Translations under genes and position numbers: made by a program
Notes under the pieces: model-generated
The model's database searches: none
What the model saw: the letters and a program-made list of their open reading frames with translations, nothing else
What the model was told of the DNA's origin: nothing
Assembly: GCA_028275885.1 (NCBI GenBank)
Contig: JAPWTW010000003.1
Location: 47,133 to 79,132 of the forward strand
DNA: 32,000 nucleotides
From: Candidatus Nanopusillus sp.
GTDB taxonomy: Archaea > Nanobdellota > Nanobdellia > Nanobdellales > Nanobdellaceae
Direction of reading: 5' to 3'
In this document: piece after piece, positions 16,699-26,596 of the stretch
Layout: each line of letters begins with the position of its first letter
How positions within the stretch are numbered: the first letter of the stretch is position 1

Positions 16699-19111
16699 TT
16701 TTAAAAAATGATAATATATCTTTTTGAGCTTTTCCTATATTTTCTATAGGTATATTTAACGCTTTTAATATTGGTTCTACGGCCGGTAAAACCTGTTTAT
16801 ATATATAGTATTCTGGATCATATTCATTATCTTTAACTTCATCTAATATTCTAACTTTATCAGAAATCTTTTCACCACCCCTTACTATTATATATTCAAC
16901 TATAAACCCTCTCCTAACGTCATAACCTTTTTCTTTATATTTCTTTGCTGCTATAATATGTGGAGCTATAATTTCATATTCTGATAGATCTTTTCTTAAT
17001 TGTTCTCTTAGTATAAACTTCTCTTTTGAATAAACATGATTTCTTATATTTTTAATAACTTCTAACAAATAATCATTTATTTCTTTTATTTTTCCTTCTA
17101 ATGCTAACCTAATTACTTTTTCCTGAACTTCTCCAGCAATTTCTGACCAATCTCTTCTAACAACCTCAAAACCTCTTAATTTAATATTTCCATTTTCAGA
17201 TAGTAATGCATATTTTTTTCTAGCACCACCTTCTCCAGATCTTTTTTCTACAAATATTCCAGATATATAATAATCTTCAAACTCCATTTCTAATGGTTTT
17301 GGCAAAATATTATTTATTTTATTTAATAAATTTAGAGCATTCTCTCTATTATCTACAATAACAAATATAGAATCCGTATCTCCATATAATATTTTATATC
17401 CATTTTTTTCGATAAAATCTTTTACTTCTAATATATGTTTTCTACCTAAAGCAGTTACTGAAGCCGCACATTCTAAACAGTACCATCTAGAATTAGGAAA
17501 GCCCAAATAGCCATATGTAGAATTTATTATATATTTTAATGCTGTCTGTCTGCTATCAATTATTTTGTATTCCTCAGAATTTTTATCTAAATTTTTTAAA
17601 GCTTTCTTTAAATTTGCCCTTTCTTCAAATATTTTTTCTAATACTGTAGATACAAATCCCTTCTTCTTTTTGCAAAACCATACTTCAGATTTTCCTAAGC
17701 TTGTTTCAATAGTTATTTTATCTTTCATGCATTCTTCATGTTCGCATTTTAATGTATCAGGAGAAATATTATATTTAATTATTATTGATGGATATAGGGA
17801 TCTAAAATCAAAAACCGCAATATTTTTATATAAACCAGGTTTTGGTTCTAATACAATAGCACCAGTATATGTTGTTCTTTTTCTCTTATCTACTTCATTT
17901 GGATCTGGTCTATTTGGTATTATTTCATTAAATTCTTTTGTCCTTTTTATTAGATAATTTTCTACAAGAATACCATATGTACTTCCAGATAATTCATATA
18001 GAGTAATTCCAACCAGTCTTGCTAACTCTAATAAAATTCCTTCAAAATACCTATATAATTTGTAGGTTAATTCTACATCTTTTCTATTATATTTTATTAA
18101 GTAACTAAAATCTTTTTTATTATAAATTATATCTGACATTTTATCTAAGTCCATATCTAATTTTCCTTCCCCCAATATTTCCATAGCAACTTCATCTAAA
18201 GAATATGTTTCAGAATTTAATTGAGGTGCAAATATTGTTGTAACAATATCATATAAATCAACATTTTGTATTCCAACTATTCTATATTTTCTATCCTCTT
18301 CCCTTTTTTTAGTATATACTATTCCTTTTCCATCCCATCCAAAATCAAAATTAAATCCTAATTTTTTTGCTTTTTCATATAAAAAATATAAATCAAAATT
18401 ATTCGAATTATATCCAACAATTACATCTGGATCTAAACTTTTAATTATTTCATTAAATTTTTTTAATAATTCTAATTCACTATTTACTTTTATCCCCTCA
18501 TTTGATTCTCCCCCCCAATATATTGAATAATATTTTTCTCCATCATATATTGAAATAATATAAATATATGCTTTTTCTGGTGATATTATAGATTTATTAG
18601 AAGCTGTTTCTATATCAAATGATATAACCTTCAATTTATATTTGTTTTCAACAACTCCATTTTTCTTCTTTAATTTATAATAATCTATATTATCTCCTTT
18701 TTTTATTAACTCTAATTCTAAATCATATGTATATAATGGGTATATATCATTATCTATTTGAAACTTTTTTATTATACCAATATCTCCCTCCTTTTTTCCA
18801 ATTATTTTTCCTTCTTCTTTTAATTTATCAGCAAAAATTTTTATTTTATCATAATCATCTTGATTCAAGTAAACTTTTATTACACTATATTCTTTTCCTA
18901 TAAAATTTTTCTTTAGAATTTCAAAATTTTTTACGTATTTTTCATCTTTTAACTTATTTTTTATTTCTTCTAAATATTTTTCATCTTTTAATATTAAATA
19001 TACATAAAATGGTTGGTCATATTCTATTCTTACTTTTTTTCCATTTTCATCTCTTCCATAAATATAAATTTTTTCTTTATCATGATCAAAATCTAATATA
19101 AATACTTTCAT
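16691..19111 (-). CDS. polB: Family B DNA polymerase (PolB), contiguous
   Basis: 806 aa. It has Exo I FDIET, polymerase motif A DFRSLYPSIII, motif C YGDTDS and the KKRY-region. No intein-sized insertion is present. Confidence 0.93.
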   Translation of the reverse strand: MKVFILDFDHDKEKIYIYGRDENGKKVRIEYDQPFYVYLILKDEKYLEEIKNKLKDEKYVKNFEILKKNFIGKEYSVIKVYLNQDDYDKIKIFADKLKEEGKIIGKKEGDIGIIKKFQIDNDIYPLYTYDLELELIKKGDNIDYYKLKKKNGVVENKYKLKVISFDIETASNKSIISPEKAYIYIISIYDGEKYYSIYWGGESNEGIKVNSELELLKKFNEIIKSLDPDVIVGYNSNNFDLYFLYEKAKKLGFNFDFGWDGKGIVYTKKREEDRKYRIVGIQNVDLYDIVTTIFAPQLNSETYSLDEVAMEILGEGKLDMDLDKMSDIIYNKKDFSYLIKYNRKDVELTYKLYRYFEGILLELARLVGITLYELSGSTYGILVENYLIKRTKEFNEIIPNRPDPNEVDKRKRTTYTGAIVLEPKPGLYKNIAVFDFRSLYPSIIIKYNISPDTLKCEHEECMKDKITIETSLGKSEVWFCKKKKGFVSTVLEKIFEERANLKKALKNLDKNSEEYKIIDSRQTALKYIINSTYGYLGFPNSRWYCLECAASVTALGRKHILEVKDFIEKNGYKILYGDTDSIFVIVDNRENALNLLNKINNILPKPLEMEFEDYYISGIFVEKRSGEGGARKKYALLSENGNIKLRGFEVVRRDWSEIAGEVQEKVIRLALEGKIKEINDYLLEVIKNIRNHVYSKEKFILREQLRKDLSEYEIIAPHIIAAKKYKEKGYDVRRGFIVEYIIVRGGEKISDKVRILDEVKDNEYDPEYYIYKQVLPAVEPILKALNIPIENIGKAQKDILSFFKNG

Positions 19112-19142
19112 AAAAAAATATTGTAAAAATATTAATTAAAGT

Positions 19143-20585
19143 TTAACCTTTTATAACTGCTATTGGTCTTAATCTTGCAACAATTTTGGATATACCTAAT
19201 TCATCAGTTACTTTTACAATTTCATCAACATTTTTATAAGCTTCAGGTACTTCTTCAACTACACCTTCTTTTGTTGTAGATTTTACATATATTCCCCTTT
19301 CTTCCAAATTTCTAATTATTTCATTATAATTAAATGATCTTCTCGCAGCAGCTCTCGACATATTTCTTCCAGCACCATGTGCAGATGATCCAAATGATAA
19401 TTCCATAGATTTTTCAGATCCTATTAATACATATGATGCAGTCCCCATTGAACCTGGAATTAATACTGGTTGTCCAATTTTTCTATAATCTTCAACCAGT
19501 TCTTCCGAACCTGGTGGAAATGCTCTAGTGGCACCCTTTCTATGAACTATCAATTTTCTCTTTTTACCATCAACTTTATGTTCTTCAATTTTTGCAATAT
19601 TATGAGCAACATCATATACAACATTTAATCCTATATCCTCTACTGGATGATTGTATACTTTTTGGAACGATTTTCTAATAAAATATGTTATTATTTGTCT
19701 ATTATTCCATGCAAAATTTGCCGCTGCACTCATTGATTTCCAATAATTAGCTCCTTCCTCCGATTGAAATGGTAAATATACTAATTCTTTATCTGGTAAT
19801 TTACTTATTTCTTCTCTATATTTTTTCAATCCCAAATCTACATAATCTGATGCAATTTGATGTCCAAAGCCTCTGGAACCTGTATGAATTAATATTGTTA
19901 CCTGTCCCTCTTCATATATTCCTAATTTATTTGCTATATCTTTATCAAATATTTTATCAACTACTTGTATTTCGATAAAGTGATTTCCAGATCCTATAGT
20001 TCCCAATTGATCTATTCCCCTTCTAATTGCCAAATCTGATACATATTCTATTGAAGCATCTTTTAATCTACCATAAGATTCCACATGTTCCAAATCTTCT
20101 TTCCATGCATAACCTTCTCTATAACTCCATTCCAAACCTTCTTCTACAGCATCCTTAAACTGCCCTGGAGACAAAACAATCTTTCCAGTTTCACCAACTC
20201 CAGCAGGTACATTTCTAAATATTTCATTTACAATTTCTTTTAATTTTGGTTTTATCTCTTCATATTTTAAATTTGTTCTTAATAATCTTACCCCACAATT
20301 TATATCATATCCTATTCCACCTGGAGAAATTATTCCTTCATTTATATCAAATGCTGCAACTCCACCAACTGGGAATCCATAACCCTCATGTCCATCTGGC
20401 ATTATAATAGAATATTCTTGTATTCCTGGCAAACTAGCAACATTCTTTCCTTGTATTAATGTTTTGTCCTCTTTCATCTTTTCTATTAACTTATCACTGG
20501 CATATATCCTAACTGGAACATTCATTCCTTTTTCTTGAGGTATTTCATATATATTGTCAGATATTTTTCTTAACTTTACATCCAT
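19143..20585 (-). CDS. rtcB: RNA-splicing ligase RtcB
   Basis: 480 aa with MPDGHEGYGFPVGGVAAF, GGIGYDINCGVRLL, GSGNHF, HTGSRGFGH and SSAHGAGR motifs. Confidence 0.93.
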   Translation of the reverse strand: MDVKLRKISDNIYEIPQEKGMNVPVRIYASDKLIEKMKEDKTLIQGKNVASLPGIQEYSIIMPDGHEGYGFPVGGVAAFDINEGIISPGGIGYDINCGVRLLRTNLKYEEIKPKLKEIVNEIFRNVPAGVGETGKIVLSPGQFKDAVEEGLEWSYREGYAWKEDLEHVESYGRLKDASIEYVSDLAIRRGIDQLGTIGSGNHFIEIQVVDKIFDKDIANKLGIYEEGQVTILIHTGSRGFGHQIASDYVDLGLKKYREEISKLPDKELVYLPFQSEEGANYWKSMSAAANFAWNNRQIITYFIRKSFQKVYNHPVEDIGLNVVYDVAHNIAKIEEHKVDGKKRKLIVHRKGATRAFPPGSEELVEDYRKIGQPVLIPGSMGTASYVLIGSEKSMELSFGSSAHGAGRNMSRAAARRSFNYNEIIRNLEERGIYVKSTTKEGVVEEVPEAYKNVDEIVKVTDELGISKIVARLRPIAVIKG

Positions 20586-20591
20586 AAAATA

Positions 20592-21761
20592 TTATTTATT
20601 ATAATTCTTTAAAACATAATTTAAGAAAAAGAAGGAAATTCCCAAAATAATTAATGCTAAAAATAAACCATATTGAACCGAAATATAATAAAGTAATAAA
20701 GCTCCTATTGTACCCCCCAAGTTTCTAAATAAGTATACATTTCCAAATTTCTGCGGATAATTTAATATTATATAATTATCAAAGAAATATTGAAACATCG
20801 TCCACGAAAATGCAGCTAATGTAAATAATATTAATATTATTATAGCATTATATATCTTTGATAAAGATATCATCAAAGATAATAAAATTATAATACCTAC
20901 TAAAAATCTAGAAAGTATTCCTATTTTTATATTTCTAAAATTAATTTCCCTTTTATATATTCTATATAATATTGAGGTATATAATCCATTTATAAATAAT
21001 AAAAATGGAAAAATTGTGGATAAAGAGAAGATATTTACAGAATAAACTAAAGATGTCCAAATTAATGAAAATCCAATCAAAACAAACAGATTATACAATT
21101 CTAAATATCCTATCCTTAACTTTTTTATATTTAATGGGAATATCAAACCCTCAAATATAGGATATATAGTCCCAAATTTATCTATATTATTTTCTGCAAT
21201 TAAAAACATTTTATCAATTCTTTCTAATAAATCTAATTCATATGCTGATGAAAATAAGAATAGATATAATTTCCTATGTACAATAATTATTATAGATAAT
21301 AATAACAAAATAGCAATTATATATATGTTATAAATTATAGAAATAAAAATAAGAAGGATCTGTGGTATTATTTGTCCAAATGTCCAATAAATATTAAAGT
21401 AAAAATTTAAACTTACATTTTTATAATATAATAAAAATGAAAAGTATGTAGATGAATATGTAATAGTAAACAAGAAGAATGATAATATTAGTAAATATAT
21501 ATTTGGATAAATTAATAGCATAGAAGATAGGAGAGGTCCTATTATTCCAATCATTGCAATATTAATATAATTTTTTTCATTTATTTTAATATTTCCAAAT
21601 ATCGCTGAACATATTATTGATCCTATATAAGATATAGAAACTAAAAAATAATATACATTAGATGAAAAATTAAAATAATATGGATAAACAAAGAATAAAC
21701 TATTTAACATTCCCCCAAGTAAACTATTACTAATTATAATAATCTTTTCTTTATAATTCAT
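20592..21761 (-). CDS. Polytopic membrane protein (possibly MFS-type transporter)
   Basis: 389 aa with about 10-12 predicted hydrophobic helices. Family assignment is weak. Confidence 0.35.
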   Translation of the reverse strand: MNYKEKIIIISNSLLGGMLNSLFFVYPYYFNFSSNVYYFLVSISYIGSIICSAIFGNIKINEKNYINIAMIGIIGPLLSSMLLIYPNIYLLILSFFLFTITYSSTYFSFLLYYKNVSLNFYFNIYWTFGQIIPQILLIFISIIYNIYIIAILLLLSIIIIVHRKLYLFLFSSAYELDLLERIDKMFLIAENNIDKFGTIYPIFEGLIFPLNIKKLRIGYLELYNLFVLIGFSLIWTSLVYSVNIFSLSTIFPFLLFINGLYTSILYRIYKREINFRNIKIGILSRFLVGIIILLSLMISLSKIYNAIIILILFTLAAFSWTMFQYFFDNYIILNYPQKFGNVYLFRNLGGTIGALLLYYISVQYGLFLALIILGISFFFLNYVLKNYNK

Positions 21762-22378
21762 TTTATTATATCTCTAAACTTTTCTTTTAATATATTTCCT
21801 AGGGCTATGCCTATGGCAATTGAAATAGAAATAATTATTCCACTAAAAAGTATTATAAACATATAAAGAAGAACTGGAGATAGAAGATTTAAATAGCTAA
21901 GTGTTAATACTAATATAAAGAATAAAACAACGAATCTTATTGAACTCAATATGAAGTTTACATACCTAAAGTTTTGAATTACTGGATATAAAAAAGATCT
22001 TAATAGAAATTCCATCATTGCATATGAAATTATTATTACTATTATTATTATTAATAAATTGCCTAATATATCAAAAATTAGGATCCCTATATTGCTAATA
22101 TATGGAATTATATAAAACGAAAATCCAATAAAATAAAAGTATATAAAGAACTTAACTATATTTACTATTAGATCTGTAAGAGAATACGTCGTCATTATTT
22201 GTCTATCCTGCAACCATTTATCAAGACCAAGGACTTTTTTTAGTATTATTTTAAGTATTAGTGCTATAAATTTTCCTATAAAATATCCAATTATTATGAT
22301 AGAAATAAAAATTAATATTATTATCAATATATTATAGTTAAATATCTGAAACATTTGATTGATTATGTTTTCCAGCAT
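21758..22378 (-). CDS. Membrane protein with 'conserved TM helix'-like segment (MscS-associated motif)
   Basis: 206 aa with 4-5 TM helices. IIIIGYFIGKFIALILKIILKKVLGLDKWLQ resembles the conserved TM-helix repeat seen in small mechanosensitive-channel-like proteins. It has an ATGA overlap with the downstream gene. Confidence 0.35.
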   Translation of the reverse strand: MLENIINQMFQIFNYNILIIILIFISIIIIGYFIGKFIALILKIILKKVLGLDKWLQDRQIMTTYSLTDLIVNIVKFFIYFYFIGFSFYIIPYISNIGILIFDILGNLLIIIIVIIISYAMMEFLLRSFLYPVIQNFRYVNFILSSIRFVVLFFILVLTLSYLNLLSPVLLYMFIILFSGIIISISIAIGIALGNILKEKFRDIIK

Positions 22379-22507
22379 AATATTATCTAAAAAATGATAA
22401 TTTATAAATACATGGTCCTACCAAAATTGATATAACTTCCAAATAGTAAAAATAATTTTGCTACTAAAAGATCCTTAAAATATTTTGTATTAAAGAATTT
22501 GATTAAA

Positions 22508-22580
22508 TAGCCCCGCGGGGATTCGAACCCCGGTCTCAGGGACCAAAACCCTGAATCCTAGACCACTAGACGACGGGGCT
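22508..22580 (-). tRNA. tRNA-Gln (anticodon UUG)
   Basis: The reverse complement AGCCCCGTCGTCTAGTGGTCTAGGATTCAGGGTTTTGGTCCCTGAGACCGGGGTTCGAATCCCCGCGGGGCTA is a 73-nt cloverleaf. It has an A1:U72 pair, anticodon stem CAGGG/CCCTG and loop TTTTGGT. Confidence 0.9.
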
Positions 22581-22634
22581 ATATAGCATATCATATTCTT
22601 TAAATTTAATAATATTTTTATTAAACAATTTTAT

Positions 22635-23651
22635 ATGAATGATATCGAAATGCTTAATTTTTTTAAATTAAAAGATAATCCATTTAAATTAGAGGTAATT
22701 TTAGAAACTTTTGTAGGATATAATTTAGAAAGAACAAAATTACTAAATTCAATAAATAATAAAGAAAAACTTATTCTAATTTCTGGTCCTACTGGAGCAG
22801 GAAAAACAACATTGCTATTATGGATATACAATAATCTTAAGACAAAAAATAAAGTATATATTTATAGACCTTTTGAAAAAATAGAAGAATTTGAAAAGTA
22901 TTTTATTGATAGACTATCTCTTTTTGAAAGAATAATATATAAATTTAAGAAATTTAATATAATAGAATATTTAAATAAGAAAAATTTAATAATATTTTTA
23001 GATGAAGCTACATTTTGTGATGATAATATTTTAGAATGGATAAAAGTCTTATCAGATCAAACAAATTGCACATTTATATTGGCAGGTTTGCCAGAATTTG
23101 AAGAAAGATTATTAAAAGAACATAGGACACTATATGAAAGAATTATTACAAAAATATATTTAAAATCTCTTGATCCTGAAAGCGGTAAATTATTAATAAA
23201 AAAAAGATTGGAACTTGCAGGTAATCCAAATCTATTTACAGAAGATGCAATAGAAGAAATATATAATTTATCTGGAGGTTTACCAAGGGAAATATTAAAG
23301 TACTCATATGAAGCATTATTAATTGCATATAGAGAGAGAAAAAATATTATTGATAAAGATATTGTAGAAAAAATATATGAAGCAAAGAAACCTCCAACAG
23401 ATTTATTAAAATTAACAGAAAAACAAAGATATATAGTAGAATTAATAACAAAATACGGTCCAAAAACTGTTAATGAATTGCTAAAATTATTTAGGGAAAG
23501 ATATTCTGATACAACAATTCATGCAATATCAAATATATTAAAAAGAATGACTGAAAGTAAAATATTAATTAGGACAAAAGTAAAAGGTAAATTTATATAT
23601 GATGTTGTACCTGCAATAAAAGATTATTTTATAAGAGAAATAAATAAATGA
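22635..23651 (+). CDS. ExeA-like AAA+ (AAA_22-type) ATPase with C-terminal winged-helix domain
   Basis: 338 aa. FFKLKDNPFKLEV, Walker A SGPTGAGKTTLL, Walker B IIFLDEATF, ILAGLPEFEERL and FTEDAIEEIYNLSGGLPREILKYSYEALLIAY follow the ExeA/GspA pattern. The C-terminal about 80 aa (LTEKQRYIVELITKYGPKTVNELLKL...ILIRTKVKGKFIY) looks like a wHTH. Confidence 0.65.
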   Translation: MNDIEMLNFFKLKDNPFKLEVILETFVGYNLERTKLLNSINNKEKLILISGPTGAGKTTLLLWIYNNLKTKNKVYIYRPFEKIEEFEKYFIDRLSLFERIIYKFKKFNIIEYLNKKNLIIFLDEATFCDDNILEWIKVLSDQTNCTFILAGLPEFEERLLKEHRTLYERIITKIYLKSLDPESGKLLIKKRLELAGNPNLFTEDAIEEIYNLSGGLPREILKYSYEALLIAYRERKNIIDKDIVEKIYEAKKPPTDLLKLTEKQRYIVELITKYGPKTVNELLKLFRERYSDTTIHAISNILKRMTESKILIRTKVKGKFIYDVVPAIKDYFIREINK

Positions 23652-24568
23652 AATGTAGCTTTTGTAATAATAATGCAATATATAAAGACATTGATGGAAA
23701 TTATTATTGTAAAGACCATTTTATAAAATATTTTGAAGAGAAAACAATAAATACAATTGAAAAATATAAATTAATAAAGCCTGAAGAAAGAATTGGTGTT
23801 GGAGTTTCTGGAGGAAAAGATTCAAATGCATTATTATTTTTCTTAAATAAATATAAAGAATATTTTAATATTGAAGTTTTTGGAATTCATATCGATGAAG
23901 GAATAAAGGGTTATAGGGATAAAAATACGGAAAAGTTATTAGAAATTTCAAAAAAATATAATTTAAATATAAAAATATATAAATTTGCTGACTATTTTAA
24001 TACTAGATTAGATGAAGTTGTAAAAATATCAAAAGAATATAAACCATGCACAATTTGTGGCGTATGGAGAAGATGGTTAATGTGGAAAGCAGCAAAAGAT
24101 TTAAATTTAGATAAATTAGCAACTGCACATAATTTAAATGATGAGGTTCAAACAATTTTAATGAATATTTTTGAAGGAAATTTAAAAGATCTATTAAAGG
24201 AAGGTCCATATGTAGGAATAGTTGAAGAAGATTTTATTCCCAGGATTAAACCTTTTTATTTCAATACGGAAAAAGAAAATTTACTATATTCAATACTAAA
24301 TAATTTAGAACCACCATTTGGAGAATGTCCTTTTATTGTTGGTGAATTTAGAGATATAATTAGATCAAAATTATATAAGTTAGAAGATAAACATCCTGGA
24401 TTTCATAGGAATTTCTTAAAAAATATCTTAGAAGTACTATACAAAGCTAAAATTGATTATAAAAAAGAAAATATTATAAAATTAAAAAAATGTAGATTTT
24501 GTGGATATCCAACTACTAGGGAAGTATGTAGAGCATGTGAAATAAAATTAAGAATTCATAATAATTAG
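23648..24568 (+). CDS. PP-loop tRNA 2-thiolation enzyme (TtuA/NcsA-Ncs6 family)
   Basis: 306 aa. It has N- and C-terminal zinc fingers (CSFC...C..H; CRFCGYPTTREVCRAC), the PP-loop SGGKDS and Fe-S ligand cysteines (CTICG, ECPF). It has an ATGA overlap with the upstream ATPase. Confidence 0.8.
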   Translation: MKCSFCNNNAIYKDIDGNYYCKDHFIKYFEEKTINTIEKYKLIKPEERIGVGVSGGKDSNALLFFLNKYKEYFNIEVFGIHIDEGIKGYRDKNTEKLLEISKKYNLNIKIYKFADYFNTRLDEVVKISKEYKPCTICGVWRRWLMWKAAKDLNLDKLATAHNLNDEVQTILMNIFEGNLKDLLKEGPYVGIVEEDFIPRIKPFYFNTEKENLLYSILNNLEPPFGECPFIVGEFRDIIRSKLYKLEDKHPGFHRNFLKNILEVLYKAKIDYKKENIIKLKKCRFCGYPTTREVCRACEIKLRIHNN

Positions 24569-24598
24569 TTTTTAAATTTTTCTATAATTCAAAAAAAT

Positions 24599-25015
24599 AT
24601 GAATAATATAGATATAATGAAGGAATTTTTATATACACTTTTACTATTATTTTCTATAGAGACATTCTTGGACTTATTATCATTTATTATATATCCATCA
24701 TTTTTTCCAACTTATATTAATATTTCTATTGATATTTTCTTATTTATAATTTTTTTATTATCTTTATCTTCAATTTATTTAATAAAAAAAGATAATTTAT
24801 ACGGTTATATAATTTCATTATTTATATCAATATTAATTTTGTTTTCAGCTTTTACATTAAATTCCAATAATATAATAAGTATAGCTGTAAGAAATATAGC
24901 ATCAAATTATGGTATATATCCAAACCCAATAATATTATTTTTTGGCATTTCAATATTTTTAATAAGTATAAGAAAGATAATTCAATTAAGAAAAATTAAA
25001 ACTTCTTTAACTTAG
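24599..25015 (+). CDS. Small membrane protein, hypothetical
   Basis: 138 aa with about 4 hydrophobic helices. It fills the gap and overlaps the convergent rpoN 3' end by 20 nt. Confidence 0.4.
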   Translation: MNNIDIMKEFLYTLLLLFSIETFLDLLSFIIYPSFFPTYINISIDIFLFIIFLLSLSSIYLIKKDNLYGYIISLFISILILFSAFTLNSNNIISIAVRNIASNYGIYPNPIILFFGISIFLISIRKIIQLRKIKTSLT

Positions 25016-25193
25016 CAATTATTTCTATTTGTTGAATGTGTCCAAGAAATATTTGTCTACAGCAGGCTCTTTCTAATCCCAATTCATCTAAAGCTTCTTT
25101 TATTGTTTTACCCTCATTTAATAATTTAATATATTTTTCATATAAATGCCCAATAGGTTTTCCACATGTAAAGCATCTAATAGGTATTATCAT
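24996..25193 (-). CDS. rpoN: DNA-directed RNA polymerase subunit N (Rpb10 homolog)
   Basis: 65 aa. MIIPIRCFTCGKPIGHLYEKY...ALDELGLERACCRQIFLGH is the classic RpoN zinc-bundle sequence. Confidence 0.92.
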   Translation of the reverse strand: MIIPIRCFTCGKPIGHLYEKYIKLLNEGKTIKEALDELGLERACCRQIFLGHIQQIEIIAKLKKF

Positions 25194-25225
25194 AGTATTA
25201 GAATTTTTACAACATTTTTATAAAT

Positions 25226-26428
25226 CTATGCATTTGCGACTATCTGAATTACATCTCTATGTTTTAATATGTAATCTTTTCCTAAAAATTTTTTTGTCCT
25301 AACATCTATTGCTCTAACAAAATTTTTTGCCAAATCGGAGTGTATTTTGTTTGCAAAATCTATTACAGTACTTCCAGGAGGCATTAAAAAACAATCTGGC
25401 AGAATTCTTCCCTCTTTGTCTGCTAAAGAATCTACTCCTCCAGGAAATACTGCTACATATTTTAAAACATCAAATACAGTTATATCTAAAATATTTTGAA
25501 CACCTGTACTTCCAAATTCCTTAAATATATAATTTTCAATAAATTCTAAAGCCATTTTTTCTTTATCATTTAAATCTCCCTTGATTTCAAAATAATTTTC
25601 TCCAGGTATATAAAATATTTTTCCCTGTTTATCCAATTCTTTTAATATTAATTCTGCATAGCCTGATGTTGGTATTATAACTTTATCTGGATATTCTCTC
25701 TTTAATCTTTCCAGGTTTTTCTTTGCAATATCTATATTTATATCTACCCTATTTGCTGCAATAACAATTGGTTTTGATATCTTTCTAATTTTAGATGCAA
25801 GCTCAAATAATTTTTTGTCATCATTTATTATATCATAATCCTCTGAACTAATTTTCAATTCATTAAATGCCTTTGATACATGTTCTTCTGTTACATTTAA
25901 TCCCGAAATTATTTTTGCTAATTCTTTATCCAATTCTAAATGCTCATTCTTTATCTTTCTCATATTTTTTTCTAAATTTTTCTTTATTACACCATAAAAC
26001 CACCAATCTATTTCTTCTTCGTACCATTTCACATCTTTTATTGGATCATAATTTCCAGGACCAACATATTGTCCTTCTTCATTTGTTGAACCTGAAATAT
26101 CTATCACATGTATTAATGCATCTGCTTGTCTTACATCATCTAAGAACTTATTACCTAAACCTCTACCTTCATGTGCACCAGGAACCAATCCTGCTATATC
26201 CAATATTTCTATTGGAACAAATCTATATTTTCCCTTTATAAAACCATATCTTGGATTTGATTTAACATTAAACTCTGGTCCAACATCTACTACTCTAACA
26301 TATCCATAACCTTTATTTGGTTCTATTGTTGTAAATGGATAATTTGCAATTGCCACATCTTGTAGTGTTATTGCTTTAAACATTGTAGATTTTCCAACAT
26401 TTGGCTTTCCAGTAATACCTATTTGCAT
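25226..26428 (-). CDS. Obg-like GTPase/ATPase of the YchF/OLA1 type with C-terminal TGS-like domain
   Basis: 400 aa with G1 GKPNVGKST, NYPFTTIEPN, G3 DIAGLV and a C-terminal KHRDVIQIV segment. Confidence 0.78.
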   Translation of the reverse strand: MQIGITGKPNVGKSTMFKAITLQDVAIANYPFTTIEPNKGYGYVRVVDVGPEFNVKSNPRYGFIKGKYRFVPIEILDIAGLVPGAHEGRGLGNKFLDDVRQADALIHVIDISGSTNEEGQYVGPGNYDPIKDVKWYEEEIDWWFYGVIKKNLEKNMRKIKNEHLELDKELAKIISGLNVTEEHVSKAFNELKISSEDYDIINDDKKLFELASKIRKISKPIVIAANRVDINIDIAKKNLERLKREYPDKVIIPTSGYAELILKELDKQGKIFYIPGENYFEIKGDLNDKEKMALEFIENYIFKEFGSTGVQNILDITVFDVLKYVAVFPGGVDSLADKEGRILPDCFLMPPGSTVIDFANKIHSDLAKNFVRAIDVRTKKFLGKDYILKHRDVIQIVANA

Positions 26429-26481
26429 TATAATTTAATAACTACTATGTTTAAAAATTAGAATTCTTGTTTTTAAATAAA

Positions 26482-26556
26482 TAGCGGGGGGAGGATTTGA
26501 ACCTCCGACCTGGGGGTTATGGGCCCCCCGGGCACTCCTGGCTGCCCTACCCCGCT
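26482..26556 (-). tRNA. Initiator tRNA-Met (anticodon CAU)
   Basis: The reverse complement is AGCGGGGTAGGGCAGCCAGGAGTGCCCGGGGGGCCCATAACCCCCAGGTCGGAGGTTCAAATCCTCCCCCCGCTA. It has an A1:U72 pair and an all-G:C anticodon stem (GGGGG/CCCCC), both archaeal initiator hallmarks. The loop is CCCATAA. Confidence 0.85.
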
Positions 26557-26596
26557 ATATTAAATAAATAATTATCAAAAAATATAAAAAAGATTA

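Noticed and set aside
16691-19111. Looked for an intein or a split site in polB.
   Set aside because: The length (806 aa) and uninterrupted spacing of the Exo and Pol motifs leave no room for an intein. There is no Cys/Ser-...-HN junction signature.
19201-19246. C/D-box-like strings on the minus strand inside rtcB (CUGAAG ... UUGAUGA-14 nt-CUGAUGA).
   Set aside because: It lacks a proper upstream C box and the 12-nt spacing. It lies wholly inside conserved RtcB coding sequence (NVDEIVKVTDELG), so it is most likely a coincidence of codon usage.
22379-22507. 129-nt spacer downstream of tRNA-Gln, scanned for a small ORF or C/D sRNA.
   Set aside because: Only a 12-codon ORF is present, with no CUGA/UCAG box pair and no convincing hairpin. 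It is probably just the promoter region for the upstream membrane-protein operon.
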